Shown piece by piece: positions 9,476 to 18,088 of a DNA stretch of 64,000 nucleotides. How positions within the stretch are numbered: position 1 is the first letter of the stretch; every line of letters begins with the position of its first letter. The translations under genes were made by a program, and so were the position numbers. Below the pieces are notes generated by a model. The model was given only the letters and a program-made list of their open reading frames with translations, was not told the DNA's origin and made no database searches. The stretch lies in the IMG/VR virus record IMGVR_UViG_3300036766_000988, positions 124,001 to 188,000 of that record, one strand, 5' to 3'.

Positions 9476-9805
9476 TCAGCCCATCGCGCACATCAGCACG
9501 ATGTTGCCCTGCTGATCGACGACGCGGCTCTCGATGGAGATGCCCTGCTTCATGCACTCCTGGCGGTACTTGCTCTCGCCGTACGCCTGCTTGAGGACGC
9601 CGAGCGCCTCCGACGTGTGGCCGTAGTCGGAATCACCCGTGATGCGGCCCGACCGGAGGTCGAGCGTCGCGTTGTTGAGCTTGCCCGACGTGAAGCGGAG
9701 GCTGTCGTTCCCCTGCTCGACGTAGGAGATGCCCGCCGTCTTGCACGCCTGAATGGCGAGCGTCTTGTCCTTGATCTCGGTGTCGGTGGTTACTCGGTGG
9801 CTCAT
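9476..9805 (-). CDS. DUF1257 (Ycf35-like) protein
   Basis: MSHRVTTDTEIKDKTLAIQAC N-terminus, LKQAYG..., size and position next to the Ycf46-type ATPase. Confidence 0.7.
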   Translation of the reverse strand: MSHRVTTDTEIKDKTLAIQACKTAGISYVEQGNDSLRFTSGKLNNATLDLRSGRITGDSDYGHTSEALGVLKQAYGESKYRQECMKQGISIESRVVDQQGNIVLMCAMG

Positions 9806-9847
9806 GTCTCGTGCCTCTTCCTCTGTGGTGGCCCGGAGGCCGGTTGG

Positions 9848-10030
9848 TCAGCCTTCCCCGGAGATTTCGTGAACGGTGTCGCCCTCGGGCCCGATGTGCT
9901 CATCCGACTCCTGGCGCCCGACCGCGTTCGTCACCTTGTAGATCGACGAGCACAGATGCTCTCCTCGATCGAGAACCTCGGTGACGATCTTGCCGTTCTT
10001 GTCGATGACTGCTTTGAACTTCATGGCCAT
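9848..10030 (-). CDS. DUF2997 protein
   Basis: FKAVIDKNGKIVTEVLDRGEHLCSSI...LG-like pattern, ~60 aa, immediately upstream of DUF1257. Confidence 0.62.
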   Translation of the reverse strand: MAMKFKAVIDKNGKIVTEVLDRGEHLCSSIYKVTNAVGRQESDEHIGPEGDTVHEISGEG

Positions 10031-10108
10031 GGCGCTTGGGTCTCCTGTGGATGTTTGCGTCCTTGCCCCTAACCTATACACCGGTTCCGCGTCCAGACTT
10101 CAGAACGT

Positions 10109-10729
10109 CTAGCTGCTTTTGCGAAATTGCACCGTGGTACCAGGAGAGACAATCTGCTCGGTTGTGTCAGACGGCAAGGGGGTTGTCCAAGGATCTCGCT
10201 TAGGAATAGACGCAGACGGAGGAGATGGCAAGGTCTTCCCCGACTGATCGGGGGCATTGCCGAGCGCTAACCGGGCTGCGGTCGCAGTACTTCGAGTGGA
10301 AGCTGTGTTCTTTTGTGGGCTTGCCGTCCGATCCTCCGGCGACGTTGGTACGTCATTTTTCGTCGCAGGAGCCTGCATTGCAAGAGGGGCGGGCGGGGCA
10401 GGAATTGGGGATAGAGCTGCGGGCTCGACGAGATCCCGTGGATCGTTCCATGCCGAACGGATCTCGGGAGTCCGCCCCACATCGATCGTGATAAACTTCT
10501 GCGCGGTGATCTGCGGGAAACGAGGGTCGTCGGGCGTCATGCGGGAGGGGTTGTTGAAGAGCCTGTCCTCCCAGTTCGACACCCGTACCTCAAACCTCGA
10601 CTTGCCCCCAATGCTCCGGGTGCAGTCGAGGTTGAAGCACCGGGCACACCACTGCTCCTGGAACGTGTCGAGCGCTGTCCCACTCTCTGCGCACTCCGGC
10701 AGTAGATCTCGACGTGTCCCGGCCATCAC
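10109..10729 (-). CDS. hypothetical protein with N-terminal Cys cluster and low-complexity Pro/Ala/Thr tail
   Basis: ECA...WCARCFNLDC; 206 aa ORF. Confidence 0.55.
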   Translation of the reverse strand: MMAGTRRDLLPECAESGTALDTFQEQWCARCFNLDCTRSIGGKSRFEVRVSNWEDRLFNNPSRMTPDDPRFPQITAQKFITIDVGRTPEIRSAWNDPRDLVEPAALSPIPAPPAPLAMQAPATKNDVPTSPEDRTASPQKNTASTRSTATAARLALGNAPDQSGKTLPSPPSASIPKRDPWTTPLPSDTTEQIVSPGTTVQFRKSS

Positions 10730-11001
10730 CTAGGGAATTATATCAAAGTTTCAGGCTCGAAGGGCTACAAAGTGTACCCGAGGAAGCGCGGCTTCTTCGG
10801 CGCATCCTCGGGATCCCTCTTGGCAGCTCGTCGGATCGAGCGGTTCACCAACCGCTTCAAGTAACGACGCGACAGCGTATGATCGTGCCTACTGATCTGC
10901 TCGGCTCTCTTCACGGAAAAACACCTCCAGCGCCCGTTGGAGCGCTGGGTGTGGAATCCATGAGGGCATAAGCATCCCCGTACCCTAGCAGGGAGGCCGG
11001 G

Positions 11002-11874
11002 CTAGAGGAAGGCGCGGATGCAGATCCGCTTCTTGGCCGGAGTCAGGCTGGACTTGTTGATCGCCTCGGTGAGCGTGTAGCCGTCCGTGAGGAGCGTGAA
11101 GATCTCCTTCTGGGCCGACTCGTCGACACCCTTGGACGAGAGCTTGTCGAGAGCCCTCGACAAGGCGACCTGAGCCTCGATGCGCGTCTCGGCGACGTCA
11201 TCGCGGATCGTGTCCTCCCAGTAGTTGTTGTAGCCGCCCGCTGCCGTGTGGAACTGCGGGACGTTGTCCCCAAGAAGGTTCTTGCCGGGCATGGAATCCC
11301 CCGTGCGATCCTTCCACTTGCGCGAGCGGGTACGGCAGAAGTTCGCGAAATGATGGCGAACGCTGGTCCCGAGGTAGTTGAGAAACTGGTACGGCGTTGC
11401 CTTCGGAGCCGAGATCGTGATCTCCCCCTGATCCTTCCACTTCATCTCGTCGTTCCGCGTGGACAGCTCGACGATATCCTCACCACGGTAGGTGGCCTTC
11501 GGCGACGCATAGCCACCCGTGATCGGATCCGGCATCCACTTGCAGATGACCCGAGCGCCGTCCTTCTTCTTCCCCTGCTTGTGCCCCTTGCGGTAGCTCC
11601 ACTGACGAGATCGCCACTGCGTGAAGCGGATGCCGCCGAGGAACGCGCAGGCTTCGAGAGCCGTCATGGTCTCCGGAACAGAGCACGAGACGCGCTCGTG
11701 GAACTTCTCGATCACCTGCGCCTGGAGAAGCTTCTCCCACACATCCTGGCAAGCGTCTTCGAAGTTGGTGACGACCGTGTTCAGCTTGCGAATCTCGTTC
11801 GCAACGAACGGAGCGAAATCCCGGTACAGCTCGGTGTTGTCGCGGGGAATACCCGGACGCACGCGCATCGTCAT
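11002..11874 (-). CDS. ECF-like RNA polymerase sigma factor with internal insertion
   Basis: Region 2-like FAPFVANEIRKL..NFEDACQDVWEKL and FLNYLGTSVRHHFANFCR; region 4-like EIFTLLTDGYTLTEAI; start codon uncertain. Confidence 0.6.
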   Translation of the reverse strand: MTMRVRPGIPRDNTELYRDFAPFVANEIRKLNTVVTNFEDACQDVWEKLLQAQVIEKFHERVSCSVPETMTALEACAFLGGIRFTQWRSRQWSYRKGHKQGKKKDGARVICKWMPDPITGGYASPKATYRGEDIVELSTRNDEMKWKDQGEITISAPKATPYQFLNYLGTSVRHHFANFCRTRSRKWKDRTGDSMPGKNLLGDNVPQFHTAAGGYNNYWEDTIRDDVAETRIEAQVALSRALDKLSSKGVDESAQKEIFTLLTDGYTLTEAINKSSLTPAKKRICIRAFL

Positions 11875-12215
11875 GATGATCGTCCTCTCTCGTAGGTTGA
11901 GGCTACTACGCGGGCGACCCATGCCGTTCAGCCGCCCCCGTACCCAAAACGCCGTGCCCAGCTTTTTGGGAGCCCACTTCGTACCGCTTTCCTGATCTTC
12001 CTGTCAACCTCTACGGAGACGAAAGTAGTAAAAATTAAGGCAGTCCCGTATAGGAACTTTCCTGTGGGCTACGTACCGGTACTTCCTCTCTAGCTGGACT
12101 GTACGTTAGGGTTGAACCTGAGCGATTCCCGGTGTATGGGTGTCGATGTCTCTCGTGCCTCCTTCGGCGATCCCGCTGTCGAAGTGAGTCGTGCCAAGGC
12201 GGGGGCCGCTCCTTC

Positions 12216-12842
12216 ATGCACCGCAAAATGAGGGAGCGGCAGCTCTTTCCGCGACACATCTTTTCCTACATGGACGAACAATTCGGCGAAGGAGATCCCG
12301 AGGTAAAGCGCATCATCGCCGAGATGAACGCGCTCAACACGGCGCTCCAAGCCCTCGACAATCCACAAGAAGTCCCCAACGCACTGCGTCTCGTGCGTCA
12401 AGTCCGAGAGACCCATCTCGAACCGGAGACCTTCGAGGGCTTCGTCATCCTGGTCGCCATGTCGAAAATCGTAGCCGCTCAAGCTCCTACGAATCCCCCC
12501 CGACTTCTTCTGGGGCACCCCTGGACGACCCACGTCTTCGAGCAGGTCGGGTTGGCTTGGGTAGCCTGGACGGCCCAACGCAGCCCCGAAGCCTTGAGGT
12601 GCATCTACCGACTGCGTGATGTCCAGAAGGAGCGCGAGCTGGGGGAAGACCGCTCGGGAGCAATCCAGCTCCTGGCCCTCTACGACTGGGCCCGGGCTGT
12701 CGAGGCCCTGGCCAACGAAATGCCGACAGAGGCCGAACGCTTCTTCAAGCGGGCCACAGCGATCGGGGCAAGTTTCGGTACGGAGAGCCATCCCGTTGTC
12801 CTGTGGACGATGGCGGCGAGTCTTTTCCCACCCACCATCTGA
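12216..12842 (+). CDS. hypothetical all-helical protein
   Basis: GC3-rich long ORF; start uncertain. Confidence 0.55.
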   Translation: MHRKMRERQLFPRHIFSYMDEQFGEGDPEVKRIIAEMNALNTALQALDNPQEVPNALRLVRQVRETHLEPETFEGFVILVAMSKIVAAQAPTNPPRLLLGHPWTTHVFEQVGLAWVAWTAQRSPEALRCIYRLRDVQKERELGEDRSGAIQLLALYDWARAVEALANEMPTEAERFFKRATAIGASFGTESHPVVLWTMAASLFPPTI

Positions 12843-12844
12843 GG

Positions 12845-13285
12845 TCACTTCGGGAGGTTCACCCGGGGCGTCGAACGGACCATCTCGACGTAGTTCGAGA
12901 GCACCGCCTTCTGGGCGGGGTTCAACCTGGGAAGCTTGCTTTCGTAATCGGCTGCGATGTCGATCATGACAACGGGCCTTTTCACGAAGAGGCTGTGGAA
13001 GACCTCGGGAGGCAACGAAGTCTCCAAGCTGGCGAGGTTCATCCCCTTCTTGGCCGTCGGAACGGGCTTCACGCCCACGATCGTGGCCACCCCGAGGTTG
13101 CCCTCGATCTCCACGGAGTTCTCCCCCGAGAGCGCCTGTCGAGCCACCCCCTCAGCACGGAGGTGGGGCTTCACAGCTTCCAGCTCCTGGGTGAGCTGCA
13201 CGATCTCTCGGTGGGTTTCGATGGCGAAGTCGACCACCGAGGCCAGATTCCCTGAAGCCAAGACGTCCTTGGAGGACTTGAGCAT
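12845..13285 (-). CDS. hypothetical protein
   Basis: GC3-rich ORF starting MLKSS with a GGAG-type SD-like sequence upstream. Confidence 0.55.
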   Translation of the reverse strand: MLKSSKDVLASGNLASVVDFAIETHREIVQLTQELEAVKPHLRAEGVARQALSGENSVEIEGNLGVATIVGVKPVPTAKKGMNLASLETSLPPEVFHSLFVKRPVVMIDIAADYESKLPRLNPAQKAVLSNYVEMVRSTPRVNLPK

Positions 13286-13439
13286 CGTTCTCTCCTGCCA
13301 GGAGACGATCCGCTCGATGGTCGAGCTTGGATGGCCTACAAGGCTTCGAGCCCACTCTACACGGGATCTTCGTCGAGGACAAACCCGCCACATCTGAGGC
13401 GCTTCGGCTACCGCTTTTTGCGTCTCTTACCTGGCCTTT

Positions 13440-14040
13440 TGCAGCAGCTCTCGTTCGAGCTGTCGTACTTCCGCTACCTTACACAGCAGCTCTAGATGGA
13501 CTCAGAGTTGCTCTGCTCGGATCCCGACCGTCTGCCGTACATGCCGTACGAAGACTCGCTCTGGTTGTTGCTACTCTACGTGCCATCACTGCTGTCGCTA
13601 CTGCTGTGCCGCTTGAGAAACCACTCGAAGCAGAGCTTCTCGTGAGAATCTTTGAACAGAGAATGGGGTCTCAGGTTTCACTCAGTATCTTCTTCAAGGA
13701 GTGATCCAAGGAGAAGAGTGAAGGATCAGATAGTTTCGGGATGATCCTTCTGCGAGCTACTTCGAAGCCTCTCAGGGGATCCCGACCCTTGAGAGGCTCT
13801 TCCTCGATGTGCAGCTTGAAGTGGCCTTCCTCCAAGCGAGAGATCGAGGTCCGTTGGCAGGTTCTTCCGAGGAAGAGGCTCTCCTGCCACCTGAGCAGTT
13901 GGATTTTTCAGCAGCTTGGGTCCTCGAAGGAAAACCTGAGCTGGCTGTCCCTCCAAAGAGGGTACGGAACCTGGTAACCGTTGGCTGAGCCTCGGAGGGG
14001 ATACACCTCGGTTCCGGGCTTCGCAAGGAAGAAAGAAGAG
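13440..14040 (+). ncRNA. candidate large structured non-coding RNA
   Basis: At least nine complementary stems in ~600 nt with no credible CDS; G-T wobble pairs are compatible only on the plus strand. Confidence 0.55.
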
Positions 14041-14107
14041 ACCGAAAGAACGCGTCTCATAAGGGATTTCTCAAGCGCAGAATCTTCGATGAAAGCGCTC
14101 TAGTAAG

Positions 14108-14440
14108 ATGAAAATGAACCCCGCTACCCTCGTCGAGATGAGCGATGTCGTTGGCCGTCCGAAGGTGAAGATGACGCTCCCTGTTCCTTTGCGGATCGGA
14201 GACCGCATTCACCTGGCGTTTCAGCTTCGTCGTGTAAACGGAGGCCGGTCCGAAGTCTTGGACATCTCAGGGGACTTCCGAATCACAGCCGTCTCGTTCG
14301 ACGCCTCCAACGGCCCCACCCGGCAGATCCTCGCGGTCGAAAGCGCTGGGAAAGCTCCCACCTGGCGTGCCGTGAAGACGGTCCCGGCTCCTGAGCGCAA
14401 GCTCGGGCCGACCCGCTTCCCGCGCACCTCTGTCGTATGA
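14108..14440 (+). CDS. hypothetical beta-rich protein
   Basis: 110 aa ORF coupled to the next ORF (ATGA overlap). Confidence 0.6.
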   Translation: MKMNPATLVEMSDVVGRPKVKMTLPVPLRIGDRIHLAFQLRRVNGGRSEVLDISGDFRITAVSFDASNGPTRQILAVESAGKAPTWRAVKTVPAPERKLGPTRFPRTSVV

Positions 14441-14709
14441 CGTCGGCACTTCCCGAGGCCATTTGGATTCCCGGGCGGAGTCCGTCGGTCTACGTCGGCA
14501 CGCCTTTCGAGATGGTGCGGTCGATGGCCGCCGAGATGGGCGAAGACGTGACGGTACGGGATGCCGTGGAGCTGCTGCTCCACGCGCTGGCCGAGAACCG
14601 ACGCCTCATCATCGGCCTTCCAGCCAACGTGCCGGTGGAAGACCTCACCCGGCTATTCGTCACGGCCTTGCTCGACACAGGGCTCGCCAAGACGATGGCC
14701 GCCGCCTAG
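14437..14709 (+). CDS. hypothetical protein
   Basis: 90 aa ORF, start overlaps the upstream stop. Confidence 0.55.
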   Translation: MTSALPEAIWIPGRSPSVYVGTPFEMVRSMAAEMGEDVTVRDAVELLLHALAENRRLIIGLPANVPVEDLTRLFVTALLDTGLAKTMAAA

Positions 14710-15137
14710 CTCAAGAGCGCCTTGGCTCGCGTCCAGAGAGCCCGCCAGAAGTCGACCTCGGGTTCGGACGCCCTACCGGCGCCTCGGTACGGGTGGGGCC
14801 CTGGAATGGGCAGCACGACGGCAGGGAGGTCGTTCTCCGAGCGGTCCTTGGCCCAGGACTCTTGCAGAGCAGCAAGTCCTATCGGGTAGGGTTTCTGCAC
14901 CTCGTTCAACAGGGAGGGCCTGATGGATGGCTGTCGGGCGGTTTCATTTTCGGCAGCCCACGGGGGACCGGGGATCACCTGGCCGCCGCCCGTGACGCCT
15001 CCTTGAGCTTGGCGCATCTCCGTCATCAGCCGCTGGGACCAGGCCGGAGACGAAGTTCGTTGCGATAGCCGCTTGTCTTGCTCGCGGAGTTCCTTGATCG
15101 TCTCGACCACTTCGTCCGACCACTGTTTTCCCGACAT
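14706..15137 (-). CDS. hypothetical protein
   Basis: 143 aa ORF with upstream GGTGTA motif. Confidence 0.5.
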   Translation of the reverse strand: MSGKQWSDEVVETIKELREQDKRLSQRTSSPAWSQRLMTEMRQAQGGVTGGGQVIPGPPWAAENETARQPSIRPSLLNEVQKPYPIGLAALQESWAKDRSENDLPAVVLPIPGPHPYRGAGRASEPEVDFWRALWTRAKALLS

Positions 15138-15166
15138 CGTGGTTCTTCTTCTACACCTGGAAGGGC

Positions 15167-15892
15167 ATGGATCGTCTCGCCCAGCGGGTGTTGACCCGCT
15201 TCATGACCCGGGTGGCCTTCGAAAAGGGCCTGGTCTCCTTCGGGATCAAGGATCTCGAACAGCTTTCGAAGATGGGGCGCCAGTTCGCGGTCATCTCCGC
15301 CTACCGGCCGCCGGATGAGCACGGCAAGCACGAGAACAAGCAACGCCACGGGGACTTGATGGCTGACCTCCAGCGCATGGGGTACCGCAAGTTCGAGACG
15401 CTCCGCAGCTCCTGGGAGGACATGGCCTCGGGCACCCGCCACGGTGAGCGCTCTATCCTGGTTCCCGGGATGAGCTTCAAGGACGCTACCCACCTGATGA
15501 AGAAGTACAACCAGGACGGGATCCTCTACAAAGATCCCTCCGGGTCGGTCGGCATCTACAAGAAGGACGGCAAGGCCGAGATGGCGTACGACCCCAAGAC
15601 CGGCGATCCCGCCATCTCGAAGGCGCTCGACAAGAGCGAGTACTCGAAGGGCCGTTCGATGAGCTTCGGCCTCCAGCTCGTCGAGGGAGAGATCCCCTGG
15701 TCCGACGGGCCGGTCACCGGCGAGCAGATCAAGAAGCACGTCGAGGCTACGGCCGCGAAAGCAGAGAAAAAGACGCCCAAGGAGTCCCCCAAAGAGGAAG
15801 CTCCCGAATCCTCGAAGTGGTGGGAATCCCAGACCCCCGCCTTCAAGCGGAAGTACATCGAAGAGCACCCGCAGAGCGTGTACGCGCCTTAA
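15167..15892 (+). CDS. DUF3293-like phage protein
   Basis: FAVISAYR...ENKQR..DL..MGY...ERSILV....KKYNQDGIL pattern. Confidence 0.5.
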   Translation: MDRLAQRVLTRFMTRVAFEKGLVSFGIKDLEQLSKMGRQFAVISAYRPPDEHGKHENKQRHGDLMADLQRMGYRKFETLRSSWEDMASGTRHGERSILVPGMSFKDATHLMKKYNQDGILYKDPSGSVGIYKKDGKAEMAYDPKTGDPAISKALDKSEYSKGRSMSFGLQLVEGEIPWSDGPVTGEQIKKHVEATAAKAEKKTPKESPKEEAPESSKWWESQTPAFKRKYIEEHPQSVYAP

Positions 15893-16116
15893 TTCTCCGG
15901 CTGCTTCTTGGTCAGCTCCACCAGCATGGCCTCGGTCTTCTCCAGCAGCTCCTCGGGCGATGCAGCCTCGACCACGATTCCACTCGGGACGAGATCCTGA
16001 AGCACCGGACACCGTCTGCTGGTCAGACTCCCAAGGGTCTGCCGCAGACGGCTCTCGTTGATGGGCTTGTCCGGCGCTTCCGTCCTGGCCCTCTTCTTCG
16101 ATCTCCGATTGCCCAT
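15889..16116 (-). CDS. hypothetical protein
   Basis: GGTGTA motif 11 nt before the ATG at 16116. Confidence 0.5.
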   Translation of the reverse strand: MGNRRSKKRARTEAPDKPINESRLRQTLGSLTSRRCPVLQDLVPSGIVVEAASPEELLEKTEAMLVELTKKQPEN

Positions 16117-16132
16117 CTCGCTCACCTACACC

Positions 16133-16564
16133 TTACAGCACTCTGGACACAGAATGGACCCAGGTGGCGAACGCGTCTTCCGGGGTGATCTCATGGTACG
16201 TCCCGAAGTGGAAGTTCCACTTGTGGTGGTTTGCCGGGAATCCCACCGGGAACGGCCGTTGCGTCGGCTTGCCCCAGTCCTCTTGCTGCTGACGCAGGAT
16301 GTCTTCGAAACTCCCGAAAACGGTCATGTACCCATCGTTGGCGAGCAGCCCCTTCTCACCCTCCCGGTAGTGGATGGTGATGCCGTACGGACCGAACTTG
16401 GTGGGCAGCGTCCAGGTGTACCCGGAAGAAGGGATGTCCTTCACGTAGCCGTCGTTCTTCTTCCCACCGTGGGCCAGCACGAACTCACCGACGAGGGAGA
16501 ACAGCTTGCTGAGCGCAGCATCCGCCTTCTTCTGGGAGAAACGGGGCTTGGGTGAGGTCTTCAT
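16133..16564 (-). CDS. hypothetical protein
   Basis: Class A promoter motif 6 nt before the ATG. Confidence 0.6.
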   Translation of the reverse strand: MKTSPKPRFSQKKADAALSKLFSLVGEFVLAHGGKKNDGYVKDIPSSGYTWTLPTKFGPYGITIHYREGEKGLLANDGYMTVFGSFEDILRQQQEDWGKPTQRPFPVGFPANHHKWNFHFGTYHEITPEDAFATWVHSVSRVL

Positions 16565-16644
16565 GACGGTACTACGTCGGGTGAGGGGAAGCGTTCAACT
16601 TCAAACTGACTTGACTTCTTTGTAGACAACCTGGATGATAAAGG

Positions 16645-17589
16645 ATGCGCAAAGTCCTCTTACAAGGAATCTACCAGATTCGGAACACTACCAACGGGCA
16701 CTCCTACATCGGAAGCTCAGTCAACATTCACAGCCGATGGTCCGGGCACAAGTGCGACTTACGACGGGGCACCCACGACAACCCCATCGTGCAGGCGGCT
16801 TGGTTGAAGTATGGGGAAGACGCCTTCGAATGGCTCGTGCTTGAGACCGTAGAAAACAGGCTGAAGCTGCTTGAGCGTGAAGCTCAACACATGCTCGTTC
16901 TGAAACCCGAGTACAACCTGTCAAACCCCAACGAAGAGACCCTTAACATCGGACATCCCATGTCTGATGAGGCAAAGGCTCGAATCAGCAAGGCCAATAA
17001 GGGACGGAAGCGCACTGAAAAGACCCGCGACTTGATGAGTCGGCTCGCGAAGGTTCGAGGCATGCCTCAAGAAGCACAGGCACGTCAACGAGAGGCGGTG
17101 ACAGGAAGGCATCGTTCTCCCGAAGTGCGGGCGAAGATTGCTGCATCGCATCTCGGGATACGTCCTTCGGAAGAAACGAAGGCGAAGATCAGTCAAGCGT
17201 TGACGGGACAACCTGGTCGAAAGCACTCAGAAGAAGCTAAAGCTAAAATCGGTGCTGGTCGGAGGGGGAAGAAGCACACCCCAGAATCTCGGGCAAAGAT
17301 GTCAGAAGCACACAAAGGACATGAAGTCACCCCCATACATCGGGCCAACATGTCTGCTGGACAGAGGGGTCGAAAACACTCTGAAGAAACGAAAGCCAAA
17401 ATCGGAACTGGGCGAAAGGGAAAACGACACACGGCCGGGGCCAAAGCCAAGATCGCGGCTGCTCGACGTGCCCGATCTACCAGCGGTGTCGCTGCTGTTG
17501 CGCTCGTTGAGCAAGCAGAGTGTCTCGCTGCCAGGAATCCATCCATCCATCCGACGTCTTGTACTGGCCGAACCGACGATGCAGCTTGA
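16645..17589 (+). CDS. GIY-YIG homing endonuclease with NUMOD3 repeats
   Basis: GIYQIRNTTNGHSYIGSS...RW..H...KYGEDAFEWLVLE; repeated KHSEExKAKI / KHTPESRAKMS. Confidence 0.92.
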   Translation: MRKVLLQGIYQIRNTTNGHSYIGSSVNIHSRWSGHKCDLRRGTHDNPIVQAAWLKYGEDAFEWLVLETVENRLKLLEREAQHMLVLKPEYNLSNPNEETLNIGHPMSDEAKARISKANKGRKRTEKTRDLMSRLAKVRGMPQEAQARQREAVTGRHRSPEVRAKIAASHLGIRPSEETKAKISQALTGQPGRKHSEEAKAKIGAGRRGKKHTPESRAKMSEAHKGHEVTPIHRANMSAGQRGRKHSEETKAKIGTGRKGKRHTAGAKAKIAAARRARSTSGVAAVALVEQAECLAARNPSIHPTSCTGRTDDAA

Positions 17590-18088
17590 TCATCTCCGGT
17601 AAATTGTCGAGGGTAACGTACGGCCAGATGTCGTGGTAGATGGTCGAGAACTTGGTACCCTTCACCGGCTTCCACTCGAAGATGTCGGCTTCGACGACCT
17701 CGACCTTCTTGGGGAGGTAGGGTCCGACGAGCTTCACGACGTCGGGGCTCATCTCGACAACCGTCACCTTGGTGACCTCGGGCTTTGCCGCGATGGGGTG
17801 CAGGATCATCCCGAGGCCGAGTCCGGCGATCAGGACGTGACCGTGCGCCTGTCGGATGACCTGACGGTTGGTCCGCTGCTCCATCGGGGTGTCGCTCATC
17901 ATGAGGGTCCCGTTGACGAGCAGGTGCGCGTACACACCTGCCGGAACGTAGTCGTCCATGCGGCGGTGAATCGCGGCTCGGAGCTGCGTCATGTCGGCCG
18001 CCTGCGGGGTGACCTCGACGTGTCGGATCTCCACCTTGCCCGAGATACCCTCGGGGATGATCTTGGCGAGGCTGGGGAACTGGATCAC
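17477..18088 (-). CDS. class I SAM-dependent methyltransferase (spermidine-synthase-like)
   Basis: VLIAGLGLGMI, VTVVEMSPDVVKLV, EADIFEW, IYHDIWP. Confidence 0.8.
   Translation of the reverse strand: MIQFPSLAKIIPEGISGKVEIRHVEVTPQAADMTQLRAAIHRRMDDYVPAGVYAHLLVNGTLMMSDTPMEQRTNRQVIRQAHGHVLIAGLGLGMILHPIAAKPEVTKVTVVEMSPDVVKLVGPYLPKKVEVVEADIFEWKPVKGTKFSTIYHDIWPYVTLDNLPEMIKLHRRFGQYKTSDGWMDSWQRDTLLAQRAQQQRHRW

Noticed and set aside
7634-10072. 812 aa plus-strand ORF and similar long antisense ORFs (2644..3471, 15026..16012, 42556..43365, 55318..56184)
   Set aside because: They are shadows of genuine GC3-rich genes on the opposite strand and contain no recognisable motifs
13327-13704. 125 aa plus-strand ORF inside the structured region
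   Set aside because: No promoter motif or SD, A/T-ending codons unlike the genome, and no motif; better explained as a by-product of the non-coding structure
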